A stretch of DNA of 64,000 nt from Eledone cirrhosa (GCA_964016885.1 OZ024741.1:274288001-274352000), one strand, 5' to 3'; shown: positions 1 through 11,331, counted from the stretch's first letter. Translations and numbers: made by a program. The notes: a model not told the origin generated them from the sequence alone.

Positions 1-249
1 AGATACACCTTTAGCTTCATACCCATCATTATTGGAGCTACGGGTTATATACCAATCCGCTTGGACCAAAGTATGATTGAATTTGGATTTGCGGACAAAG
101 AGCGCAGATCCCTAATTCATAGTCTACAAATGACACCTTCAAAATTTGCAAAACATTCTTGCGATTGACAATTTCTTTTCTTTTACAACCTTGCCACCAG
201 GAAGGTGGCCGGTCAAAAAATATACTCGAAATTAAGATAAAGAGATAAC
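1..249 (+). mobile_element. 3' end of an R4/Dong-clade (restriction-like endonuclease) non-LTR retrotransposon, frameshifted, followed by 3' UTR and (CATA)n
   Basis: Frame 1 reads RYTFSFIPIIIGATGYIP..LDQSMIEFGF..ERRSLIHSLQ and a shifted frame reads FKICKTFLR. This matches the PIIIGALG...LQ...KI.K.FL C-terminus of RLE-type LINEs and the related fragment at 5494-5712. Confidence 0.7.
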
Positions 250-355
250 ATACATGCATACATACATACATTCATACATGCATACATACACACATACATA
301 CATACACGCATACATGATGGCTGCCCCCTCGTTATCGAGTATGGCCATTGCACAA
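249..355 (-). mobile_element. RTE LINE 3' terminus (stem-loop plus (ATGT)n tail)
   Basis: The minus strand reads gtgcaatggccatactcgataacgagggggcagccatcatgtatg..., nearly identical to 2899-2939. Confidence 0.65.
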
Positions 356-420
356 GAAAAAAAATAAATAAAGAAAAAAAAAATAAAATAAAAAAAATAA
401 TAAAAAAATAATAATAATAA

Positions 421-1265
421 TCTATATATATAAAGCTGTGGTTGTCTGTCTGTCTATCGATTTTTGGCACACATCTCCTCTTAGAATCTCTGACGGAATT
501 GCACCGAAATTGCTATACTTGTACATTGAGCCCTAGCGAAGACATCGGAAAAAAATATTTCAAATTGACCCACCCTATGTGACGAAATCGAATCTAATGT
601 ATCGATTTTTGAGCGCAAGTGACGAGTTATTTCCCTTTGTTCTATATATATAAAGCTGTGGTTGTCTGTCTGTCTATCGATTTTTGGCACACATCTCCTC
701 TTAGAATCTCTGACGGAATTGCACCGAAATTGCTATACTTGTACATTGAGCCCTAGTGAAGACATCGGAAAAAAATATTTAAAATTGACCCACCCTATGT
801 GACGAAATCGAATCTAATGTATCGATTTTTGAGCGTAAGTGACGAGTTATTTCCCTTTGTTCTGTTTACATTGAGCGTCTTACGTTTTACGCTGGCTTTC
901 TCAGCGTTTAAAATGACATTAACACAATACACGAACAGTTGTCGAGCCAGCAAAATGTTGACCTGCAAAATTCATCAGTTCGAACACTAAGCTTCCGTTT
1001 TGCTTCATTTCCATTTAAAAGCCTTTTAAAACAATATTTTTTCTTGAAAACAAGTCTATTTAAAGACTACGTAAAACAAGCAAATATTTCGTAAAAAAAA
1101 AGCAAAAATTATATAAGTTTATTTAAAATATATGTATCTGTAAATTTCGTTAGGCGTGCAGACAGACAGTCGTGCAGACAGACTTTAAGCCAAAAAAGAA
1201 ACTTAACATTGTAACTTTAACACAGCTACTGAGCGACCCCGAGCAACGCCGGGCTTTACTGCTAG
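421..1265 (+). mobile_element. Non-autonomous Helitron with a tandemly duplicated 220-bp 5' end
   Basis: Starts TCTATATATATAAA and ends with the hairpin cccgagcaacgccggg (1238-1253) then CTAG (1262-1265). It sits between A and T in a (TAA)n-like tract with no TSD. 421-640 is repeated at 641-860. Confidence 0.85.
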
Positions 1266-1295
1266 TAATAAATAAAAAAAAAAATAAAAAAAAAG

Positions 1296-1336
<41 letters not shown>

Positions 1337-1400
1337 CATACATATATACATACACACATACATACACATACACTCACACATATACACATACATTAATAAC

Positions 1401-1431
<31 letters not shown>

Positions 1432-1516
1432 GCAATAATAATAATAACGACAACAACAATAATAATATACATATTCATATATATATACACACATACGCAC
1501 GCACATAAGCATATCT

Positions 1517-1547
<31 letters not shown>

Positions 1548-1554
1548 ATAGCAA

Positions 1555-2750
1555 CTAACAGTGCTGCGATCGAATGTGGCTTTTTAGCCCAGCCAATGAT
1601 CTAAAATGTCCTGCACAGAGTCGGCAACCAAAACATTCACTGGGAATAGTCGGCTGTGGTTGGAGTTCGTGTACTTTTGTATGTCGCTTGAGCCCTCCTG
1701 CTGATTTACATTCTCTACCACATGTTTGGCAAGCATGATGAGTAGCATCTCCAACAGCAGCCTGGTAGTCAACCACTGGTCTTACTTTATGACTGCGAAG
1801 ATGACTTTCGAGTCCAGCTTTGCTTAGGCAGAGTCTCGCACAGACGCTGCATGTCAGCACCATAGGAGGACCCTCGCCGTCTGGAAGTGCAACAGCAATG
1901 CCCTTCCTCACGTCCCGCTTTACTTTCTCGTGTGCGATTCGAGATGCCTCAAAGGCAACTTTTCCCTCATATACAGTCTTTCTCCATTTATTACGATCAG
2001 CAGCAATATTTTCCCATGTATCAGCAGAGATGTTAGCGTCTTTCAGAGAGGCTTTCAAGGAATCCTTATACCTCTTTTTTGGTTTATGTGGCGGTCGTTT
2101 TCCTTTAACCAACTCTCCATAGAAGAGTTGTTTTGGTATTCTAGAATCCTTCATCCTGGCAAGGTGACCACTCCAACGGAGTCGTTGCTTAAGCACAAGA
2201 GCTTCTATACTGTCACACATAGAGCTTTCCAAAATCTCGACATCACTGATGTGGTCCCTCCAGTGAACGCTATGGATCCGTCTAAGACACATCTGATGGA
2301 AACGCTCCAATTGCTTAAGGTGGCGTCGATATGTGACCCAGGTCTCCCAGGCATAAAGAAGACAAGAGAGTACACATGCCCTGTACACCTTTACCTTTGT
2401 CCTCCTGCATATGTCTCGCCGACCCCAGAGTCGCCTTTCTAGCTTTCCGAAAGCATCACTTGCTTTCCTAATCCTAAGTGAGATTTCACTGTCAAGGTTG
2501 CCGTATCGATTGACAGTGCTTCCCAGGTAGACAAACTGATCAACCACTCCAAGTCGTTTGCCATACACATAGATGTTTGGTTCAGTGTACTGCTTACTAG
2601 GGGCAGGTTGGTACATGACGACCGTTTTCTTGAGACTGACAGTCAAACCCAGAGCAGTGCAAGCGTCAGAAAATGCATTCAAAATGTGCTGCATATCACT
2701 CTCTGTGTGCGCTACAAGATCGCAATCATCTGCATACAAGAGGTCTCTTT
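1555..2750 (-). mobile_element. 5'-truncated RTE-clade LINE ORF: RT C-terminal part plus three C2H2 zinc fingers
   Basis: Motifs LLYADDC, FVYLGS, LLYAWETW, RLRWSGHLARM..RIPKQLFYGEL. Fingers CSVC..HLRSH, CQTC..HTKVH, CRLC..HIRSQH. The N-terminal part of the listed ORF (2751-2949) is microsatellite read-through. Confidence 0.92.
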
Positions 2751-2766
2751 TAGAAGAATGCTCTGA

Positions 2767-3156
2767 CATACATACATACATACATACATACATACATACA
2801 TACATACATACATACATACATACATACATACATACATACACACATGCATACACACATACATACATACATACATACAAACATACATACATACATACATCCA
2901 TGATGGCTTCCCCCTCGTTATCGAGTATGGCCATTGCACGATATACCATTATTAATAATTATTCATTAATTCTATAGAGCAATGCCTGTGCGTGAAGATA
3001 TTTTTTAAAGTGAGGAAAGACTGTGCACTGAGCCAATCCCACTGTCTGAGCGACAGTAGCTATAACCCGAAAAGAAAAAAAGATCAACATCATCAGTAAC
3101 TACTGAGCCGCAGGTTTTATATCGGAGTTATCCCAGTTTCCTGAGTTACCTTCTCC
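2767..3156 (-). mobile_element. Short bipartite RTE-derived element (5' UTR piece + 3' stem-loop + (ATGT)n tail) with a 16-bp flanking direct repeat
   Basis: Minus strand has an RTE 5'-UTR-like motif (ctaggagaaggtaactc) and the same 3' end as 315-355. tagaagaatgctctga occurs at 2751-2766 and 3157-3172. Confidence 0.7.
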
Positions 3157-3492
3157 TAGAAGAATGCTCTGACATACATACATACATACATACATACATA
3201 CATACATACATACATACATACATACATACATACATAAAGATGGCATTGAATACAGTGACGTCGGTATGGGGACTGTTCCTTGTTCCGAATACTATACCAT
3301 AGCTCCTAATATTTCCCAATAATACAAGCCTTGTTAAAAAATATATATACAACTGGTTATCTTCTTTGGACAAATGCAAAAAAAAAAAAAAAGAGCCCCT
3401 ATTTTTTTTATAAAGGCTCTGGCGACAATCAAGCAGTGACATTCAACTATTAAACAATACAATTATTTACAATGTTATCAACAAGAATGCTT

Positions 3493-3718
3493 TCCCAGAT
3501 GGTCTTGAATGTGTGAGAAAGAGACTGACATTATCTATTGCCAGTATCGGTAGAGGATCGGACGCCATTCTTTGCAGCAAAGAGTTACGGCCCTTTATGG
3601 TCTGAGTTCAAATCCCGCCGAGGTTAACTTTGCCTTTCATCCTTACGGGGTCGATAAAATAAAGTACCAGTAATACACTGGGATAATTGGTGGCTTTATG
3701 CCAAAAGTAGAAACAATT
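3493..3718 (+). mobile_element. tRNA-derived SINE with Deu/Nin domain
   Basis: B-box gagttcaaatccc and Nin-type core gcctttcatccttacggggtcgataaaataaagtacc. It is preceded by tcccagatggtct, the first 13 nt of the tRNA-Glu head seen at 4345. Confidence 0.8.
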
Positions 3719-4043
3719 ATCTATATCGTCCATTATATACTGACATGGATGCAGCGTAGAAAATAAATACTTAGGCCGGCAGCAACAAACTCCCTCTTAC
3801 GTCAATAGCTAACCAAGGAAGGCTGGCTACACAATGTGTAGCGGCAATGATATTGCCCCAGCATGGCCTCAGCCAGTCGGCTCGCTGGAACACGTAAAAG
3901 AGTGAATATAAATCAATCATTTTATAATCGAAAATTGTGTTGGTGATATCCTTCCATACTTTCACTTAGTAGTAATTTATGACTGAAAATTTAACCTAGC
4001 GTGATTGTGTCAGAAATATCTTTCCATACTTATAATTCATAAT

Positions 4044-4345
4044 GGTTTCTGATTTAGGCACAAAGCCAACAATTTTGGAGGAGGGGAAAGTCGATTAAAT
4101 CTCCCCAAGTTCGTTACTGGTATTTTATTTTATCGACCCCTTAAGGATGAAAGGCAAAGCTAACTTCGGCGGGATTTGAACTCAGAACGTCAAGGGATGT
4201 AGCTATATGCCGCAAAGCATGTTTTCCGACGCTCTACTGTTACCGGCAATCCACCGGCATCAAACGATCAGAGTTTCCATGCCGAGAACCGAACCCGGGC
4301 CGTCTGGGTGAAAGCCAGAAATCCTAGCCACTAGACCATCTGGGA
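4044..4345 (-). mobile_element. Composite SINE: tRNA-Glu head + Deu/Nin-domain SINE, with TSD
   Basis: Direct repeat atacttataattcataat at 4026-4043 and 4345-4362 brackets both parts. Confidence 0.85.
4274..4345 (-). pseudogene. tRNA-Glu(TTC)-like pseudogene forming the SINE head
   Basis: tcccagatggtctagtggctaggatttctggcTTTCacccagacggcccgggttcggttctcggcatggaaa closely resembles eukaryotic tRNA-Glu-TTC, but the acceptor stem has several mismatches. Confidence 0.8.
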
Positions 4346-4409
4346 TACTTATAATTCATAATAAACACCGAATATCGAAACATATCCGAAATTACAATGT
4401 TAGTATATA

Positions 4410-4592
4410 CTATCAGAATCGGTAGAGTTTCGGATAAAATGTTTTGTGACATTTAGTTACGACGAACTATGCTTTAAGTTTAAATCACGCCGGGGTCTAC
4501 TTTGCCATTCCAGGTTTGATAAAATAAAGTACCAAAAAGGCACTAGGGGCCAACTTTTCCCTTGCCCCAAATTGTAGGCCTTGTCCCAAAAT
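4410..4592 (+). mobile_element. Diverged Deu/Nin-domain SINE
   Basis: tttgccattccaggtttgataaaataaagtacc and tail ggccttgtcccaaaatt. Confidence 0.65.
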
Positions 4593-4779
4593 TATTTGGT
4601 CGTCAAGTGAGATTTGTAGAAATTTGTAGAAAAACCCCCAAATTTCTACAAATTCTATACTTGACGACCCAATCGAAAGAATGTAAGTATATTTTAATGA
4701 AATCTTCATTGTGATAATCGCAAATATAATTGAACGTTACTGATTTATTCTTTTACTGGTTTCAGTCATTGGACTATGG

Positions 4780-4852
4780 ACACGCCGAGGTCAAATTTGC
4801 CTTTCATCCATTTAAAGTCGATAAAAAATACCAGTCAAGTACTGGGGTCGAT
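4780..4852 (+). mobile_element. Deu/Nin SINE fragment
   Basis: cgccgaggtcaaatttgcctttcatccatttaaagtcgataaaaaataccag. Confidence 0.6.
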
Positions 4853-5011
4853 TCTTCTTCTATATCTCCATCTCACTCGTTATCCGTCACTGGAAGAAAT
4901 CTGCCGTATTCAGACTTGGAGAAGAGATGGGCTCCGCCATATTTAAAAATGTCCTAGAAACATCATATGTCAAGATGGTGCCCCTACGACTCCCTCGGGG
5001 GTTACGGATTC

Positions 5012-5480
5012 ATACATACATGATGGCTGCAAACGCTGCTAAGAGTATTGAAATCGCTTGTCAGAGTTTGGTGCACTTTTAGGCTACCGCCAGCCACAAA
5101 AACCTGTAACTATCCTGAACAAGCAATGCCTGTGCTTTGAAGGTTTTGTAAGTGGGGGAAGGCCTTGCACTCGCCCTATCCCACTCTCTGAGCATCGAAA
5201 ATACTATCCAAACACGAGAACTGGTCAACATCATCGGATGCTTCCGAAGCCGCAGGTTCTTTTTTTTTCAGAGTTTCCCTCTCTTAGAAAGGTGTTGTGA
5301 CAACAAATGGGGGCCTTTCACTTACAGGTGAAAAAAACAAAAACAAACAAATCTACTATTTGGATGGCCGTTAACTCTGCCGAGTTCCTCTGCCCTTTGC
5401 CGGGTCTTGTATTTCATCCCGCATGGTGTCCAAATATCACCCTCCTCACCAAGGTAGCTTAGTAGGGTTGCCGGTTTAGT
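5012..5480 (-). mobile_element. Second bipartite RTE-derived short element with a longer 5' UTR
   Basis: 5142-5290 aligns by eye with 2977-3160 (agcaatgcctgtgc, tcccact.tctgagc, tcaacatcatc, agccgcaggtt). It ends cagccatcatgtatg on the minus strand and is flanked by tcatacatacat on both sides. Confidence 0.7.
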
Positions 5481-5493
5481 CATACATACATAC

Positions 5494-5712
5494 AAGATTA
5501 GCGAAAAGGAGAATGTTTATGCTGACTATACCTTCAGATTTATGCCTGTGATCATTGGGACACTGGGAAATGTTAGTAACTACCTCAATACAAATCTTGA
5601 GAAGCTGGGCTTCACAGGAACAGAAAGAACACAACTAGTTAGGAAATCACAAGTACAATCCATTAATGAAACAGTAAAAATATGTAAAACATTCCAAAGA
5701 TTTTGCATCTAA
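5494..5712 (+). mobile_element. C-terminal fragment of an R4/Dong-clade LINE
   Basis: KISEKENVYADYTFRFMPVIIGTLGNVSNYLNTNLEKLGF..ERTQLVRKSQVQSINETVKICKTFQRFCI*. It is preceded by (CATA)3 and followed by degenerate CATA-rich sequence. Confidence 0.75.
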
Positions 5713-6524
5713 TAACTGCATATACACACGTAGAGATACAAAGCATATACACATGCACACATACAACACAAAACATACACATCCACACATACAAAAACAT
5801 CCATACCTACACATGCATGCATGCAGACATGCATACATATCTACCTAGTTGATGTTGTGTAAATTCCCATGAATGAGTCTTGTAACTATGTTAGAAACCG
5901 ACTCTCTATTGGCAAAAATTTGTGAAATTATAAAACCAGAAGAACATATATACATACATACATAATCATTTGTCTGCAATAGCTGCCCGTAATACGGCTT
6001 CTTTTGTGATTTGCACAATAAAAATACAACAATCGATCGCACAAGTTATACAGCATCAAATGTAGTGAAATTTTATTTTAGTCAAAAGTACATATATATA
6101 TATATATGATTCCCGGATTGAATCTGGGATAATCACAGTAATTCAGGTACTTAATACATTAATAGAGTGTAAGCATCAAATTTAATATAGAAATGGCTTC
6201 TACGGGACTAGAATTGTTTTATTCGAAAGAAATCACCAGGGAAAGCCAACTGTCATTGTAAAATGGTGTTACTCAATACATTAGTAGAGTGTAAATGATG
6301 ATTTCTATTTCTTTCGAATGAAATATTTCTAGTCCTGTGTAAATGTATAAGAAAATAATTTGTTTTGTTTTTTCGTATGCGAGACAAACCACAACAGAAA
6401 CACAAACCCTCCATCTCAATTTTATTTTTTGAAAATCATAAGAACTGTGAAACCGGTAAAGTAAATAAATAAATATTCTTAGACTACAGTTGAATTTTCG
6501 ATTTCTTTTCGTTATATATATATA

Positions 6525-7032
6525 TGTCTGTTTGGTTGAGCACACTTCTCTGGGTGATTTTTGCTGTCCTTTCTAGCAGCTTGTCTCTCAGAGACCACTG
6601 GTTACTGCCCTAGGCACGCTGTGAATTCTCTCTCCCACGTGTGGCTGGACGGTCACTTTAGATTCTCTTAGTATTGTCTGATATGTATAGCCTTACACAC
6701 GCTGATGAACCATAGGCTAACCATTTCTGTCAACAACCTATTTGGCGAAACAGATCTTTTTGGATTTGTACGTGTGTGTTAGATAGTTATCGAGGTACGT
6801 ATTTACACTTTAATTTATACTTTTAATTATTGTGTGTCTACTCTGCCTTCCATGGGCTATAGATTCCATACACTGGTGGTTATTCCCTGTTTTACTGATG
6901 GCGCATTATCTCTCTCTCTAGTGTGTTATCTTTTCTACATATTGTATTATAAGGGGCACGGGATTCCTTCTCCTTTGAGCTCATTACTGACAGGGAATAG
7001 CGAGAGTCTACGGCCCCGTTAATTTATCGTGA
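6525..7032 (+). mobile_element. ~500-bp non-coding hammerhead-bearing element between (TA)n tracts (retrozyme- or Penelope pLTR-like)
   Basis: A unit of higher GC bounded by (TA)n on both sides, containing a complete hammerhead at 6695-6777. Confidence 0.55.
6695..6777 (+). ncRNA. Type I hammerhead ribozyme with complete core
   Basis: Stem I acacacg/cgtgtgt. CTGATGA at 6702-6708. Stem II ccatagg...cctatttgg. GAAA at 6747-6750. Stem III cagatc/gatttg. Cleavage triplet GUA at 6768-6770. Confidence 0.85.
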
Positions 7033-8349
7033 TATATATATATAAATATATATTAGGGTAAACATTGATGCAATTCTGGCCTTGTGCCTAAAGTAGAAAT
7101 CTTTAATAATAATGCTGTGATATATATTTCAGTGACAACACTGGCCACACTGTTCTGTGTGCGAGTGTCGTGTCAATATCAGACAGCTTGTTACATAATA
7201 AGGTTATTTTTCCGAGGCAATCCAAATTGGATCGACATGGGAACGGATGAATTGCCATTTTTGGGGTTTTTCATCCGCTCCCTTGTGAGTTTCCAATTAA
7301 CCCCCACCGGCCTGCGCAAGCGCATGTCCGAAGGAAGTTGACCATTAGCCACCGCAGATTTCAACGAAATTCGCTTAGTCAGTTCACCCTCTCAGTCAAA
7401 ACAATGGCCCACCAATGCCTGTACCATATTTTACTGCTACCCATCACGGCTGTGGCAGTCAGCCGAGAGCCAAAGGGGATGGGAGAGTGTTAGTTTTTAC
7501 AGGTAATAATACTACCCCTCACTAAGCGTTGACGGTACGACTGACCATCACCTTATAAGGGAAAATAAACTTAATTCTAGGTATCATGGTTTTACGTTGG
7601 AAGTTAAGAGTGAGAGTTGGAAATAAAAATTAAAATCCTAAATCAAATATCAGAAATTATAAATTAAACAATTAAGAAATTAACAATTAGAAATTAAAGA
7701 ATTAAAAATAAAAAAATTCTTTTCAGGTGATAATTCTGATTGAGGTGAGTAAAAATATAGACTGAAGTGAGTAATAATATGCAGAGAGATGTTTAAGTAA
7801 TATGTTCTGAGAGGGATTCTAGTGTCACAGTTACTCTATCCACATATTGAACGACAGTGCCGTACATTATACCTGAGGGCAAACTAGAGGGCTCTAGGCA
7901 TTAGTCAATCTGGTACACAGTCATAATTTCCATCACATGGAACAAAATCAAAGAAAATCAGACATAAAGTACACAAAAGAAAAGAACAGAACCAATAGTG
8001 AATAAATGCAAAAACACAGAGTACATATATGCAAAATGATCCATATGATCGTCCATCTGTCCATGTATAGATTGAATTGAGGGGGCTTCTGTTCAAATGC
8101 AATTTGGTGCAGGAAAATAGGGGTTTATCCTATTATTTGTTTCCGCGTATTTATCCTGCCGAAAGTTACTATTATGTCCGTCCAGTGTAAGGGGTTTCCA
8201 TCCCCATGGTAGAGGGAATTTCCGGGGTAGCCTATGGTTGGTTCCTCTCTTCTCCACCATATCGGTTACATCGTAAAGCGCTCAACTAATTGGAGCTAAA
8301 TTATTATATATCACAGCATTATTATTAAAGGACTTGAACATCTGAAACT

Positions 8350-8584
<235 letters not shown>

Positions 8585-8759
8585 TTCAAGAGTAACCAAT
8601 CTTAAAGAGAGAGATGGAGATAGTAGAGGAGATATGAGAGGAGAGATTGGTGAATTAGTTAGAAGCCAAAGCGTAAAGGCATGTGCTCAATGTGCAATAT
8701 GCAGTAGAAAGCAGCTAGGTGGCTGGGTTCATGCAGAAGTTAGGTGCGCAGAGCTGGAA

Positions 8760-9550
8760 ATATTCATTAGTTAAACAAAACAAGACCACAAACTTCACAA
8801 GGAAGACATTATTAAAAGATTGTCAACATATTTTAGTTTGATGTAAGGAATGTAGAGAATAATAATAATAATATTAATAATAATAATGTCCGTTTACAAT
8901 TGTTTCGCTACTCCATATAATATTTCTGGATTAGATGACTATATATCATAATTGATCTGGTTCAGTTGAAAATAATTATCATATTTAAAAAACAGAGTGG
9001 CTCATCGGAACTTCAAAGGAATATAAATTAAAATAATTGTTTCTATTTTAGGCACAAGGCCAGCAATTACCCATACATTACTTTATGTTATCGACCCCGT
9101 AAGGATGAAAGGCAAAGTTAACCTCGGCGGGATTTGAACTCAGAACATAAAGGGACGTAACTCTATGCTTCAAAGCATGGTGTCCGACTCTCTACCGATA
9201 CTGCCAATCCATATATAAGTTAAATATAAATTAAAATAATGGGATAATGTTACATAATATAATGTTCCATATATTGGTTTTTACTTATATTCCTTTCAAG
9301 TTTCGATGAGCCACTCTGTTTTTTAAATATGTTAATTATTTTCAACTGAACCAGATCAATTATGATATATAGTCATCTGATCCAGAAATATTATATGGAG
9401 TAGCGAAACAATTGTAAACGGACATTATTATTATTAATATTATTATTATTATTCTCTACATTCCTTACATCAAACTAAAATATGTTGACAATCTTTTAAT
9501 AATGTCTTCCTTGTGAAATTTGTGGTCTTGTTTTTCTTAACTAATGAATA
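8760..9550. repeat. Fold-back: ~265-bp inverted arms (8760-9026 / 9284-9550), each with a degenerate hammerhead
   Basis: The arms are near-perfect reverse complements. Each reads gtt-(C/T)CGATGA-gccactc...gagtagc-GAAA-caattg-TA-aac (8892-9011 minus; 9300-9419 plus). Confidence 0.85.
9038..9222 (-). mobile_element. Deu/Nin SINE inserted in the fold-back spacer
   Basis: atcgaccccgtaaggatgaaaggc core. TSD aatataaattaaaataat at 9020-9037 and 9223-9240. Confidence 0.85.
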
Positions 9551-9582
9551 TAAATATATTTATATATATATATATATATATA

Positions 9583-9902
9583 TTTCGTTTCTGAATTTGT
9601 TTAGCAAGATTCTTTATCTGAAATCGTGTGTTGAAACCGATATTGTTATACTTTGGGAGGGTCATGTTGCCAATAAGAAACACACGCACCAGTTGCTTTC
9701 ACTTCAATTTAATTTATTAAATATTTATAAGTTTACAAATTTATAAATTTCTGGTTGGTTGGTTGGTTCCACAACCAGATAGTTGTTTATATATATATAG
9801 TCATAGTTCTTTCGTCACACACTCTGTGACCTCTTCAGTGACTGGGGATTTCTTTCTTCGTTTCTGTGCCTTTCCTTTCTTCTATCCTACGCCATTTTGT
9901 TT
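9583..9902 (-). mobile_element. ~320-bp Penelope pLTR-like element with a minimal hammerhead (9799-9843)
   Basis: Minus strand: agtca-CTGAAGA-g-gtcac..gtgac-GAAA-gaac-TA-tgact. It ends at (TA)n and has an inverted copy at 14812-15131. Confidence 0.7.
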
Positions 9903-10088
9903 GTGTGTGGGTTGCGTGCTAAGTTTGCGCATGCGCCACATCCGGGTGTCTGTGTGTGTGTTTGTGTTCATTTTTCTATTTTTTATTTTTTTTATTTTTT
10001 TATTTTTTTATTTTTTTATTTTTTTATTTTTTTATTTTTTTATTTTTTTATTTTTTTATTTTTTTATTTTATTTTTTTTTAATTTTTT

Positions 10089-10128
<40 letters not shown>

Positions 10129-10135
<7 letters not shown>

Positions 10136-10470
10136 TATGTATACGTACATACATATATGTATACAGACGTACAGTAGTATGTATATACATACATACATGC
10201 ACACATATATATATATGTACGTATGGGTTTATCCAACATTTATTATAATGCTCGGTTTGTTTGTAAACAAACAAACAGCCCGAATTATAAGCCGTACAGT
10301 GTTCGGCAACCATCGTTGCCATTTTGTTCAACACTGACAAACAAGCCGAGCATTATAATAAATGTTCGGTAAACCCATACGTACATATATATATGTGTGC
10401 ATGTACGTATGTATATACATACTAGTGTATGTCTGTATACATATATGTAGGTACGTATACATACTTATAT
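10129..10470. repeat. Fold-back inverted repeat with ~135-bp arms
   Basis: 10129-10264 is the reverse complement of 10336-10470. Confidence 0.85.
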
Positions 10471-10630
10471 TTAAGTATCAGCTGTACTAAGAGTGAGAAA
10501 TGAAATTTCATTTTTTCGATTTAGTTCTAGTCCTGTAGAAGTATAAGCCATTTCTATATTACATATTATACTCTGCTATGTATTGAGTACCTTACTTACT
10601 GTGGTTACCGCGATTGAACCCGGGATAAAC

Positions 10631-10736
<106 letters not shown>

Positions 10737-10867
10737 ATCACGGGTTTAATTGCGGTAACCACAGTAAGGTATATCTAAACTATAATAAAGTAAGAAGCGC
10801 GGGACTGCGTACGGTTTATAATTTTTTAACCCCTTAGTAAAATAAGTTGGATTACTTTGAATAAATA

Positions 10868-10945
10868 ATTGTTTCTACTTTAGGCACAAGGCCAGCAATT
10901 ACCCAGTGCATTACTGGTACTTTATTTTATCGACCGCGTATGAAT
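10868..10945 (-). mobile_element. 3' fragment of a Deu/Nin SINE
   Basis: ggcacaaggccagcaatt...tactggtactttattttatcgacc. Confidence 0.7.
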
Positions 10946-11331
10946 GAATATTACATAATTTATCTACTAAATTTCGTGGCTGTTCATTAAATATATTTTA
11001 TTACTTATTTAAAGATTCACTTCTTTAAGATTTTGAAATGTCAACACTCCCGCTTAGTGATCGTTTAAATAAATATTCATATATTTCCGTCACTAATTTT
11101 CTCCTAATGCAGTTTATATATAATATCGTCTTTTTTACTGTATCATGGATTACGTTACTGATTACATAGCACAGTGTAACGCAGTCTTCGTTCAATTTCT
11201 GTGTATATTGTCAATTACGATTTTATTGATGCATCATATCTACATGCATATATACTTATGCATCATATCAATATACACACTACACATGGTAGTAGAAAAC
11301 CACCCTTCGGGTGGATTTCTGCTAGTATTTG

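Noticed and set aside
2751-2949. N-terminus of the 464-aa ORF as real protein
   Set aside because: It is a neighbouring element's 3' end and (ATGT)n tail read in frame.
4274-4345. Functional tRNA-Glu gene
   Set aside because: The acceptor stem is mismatched and it lies inside a TSD-bounded SINE.
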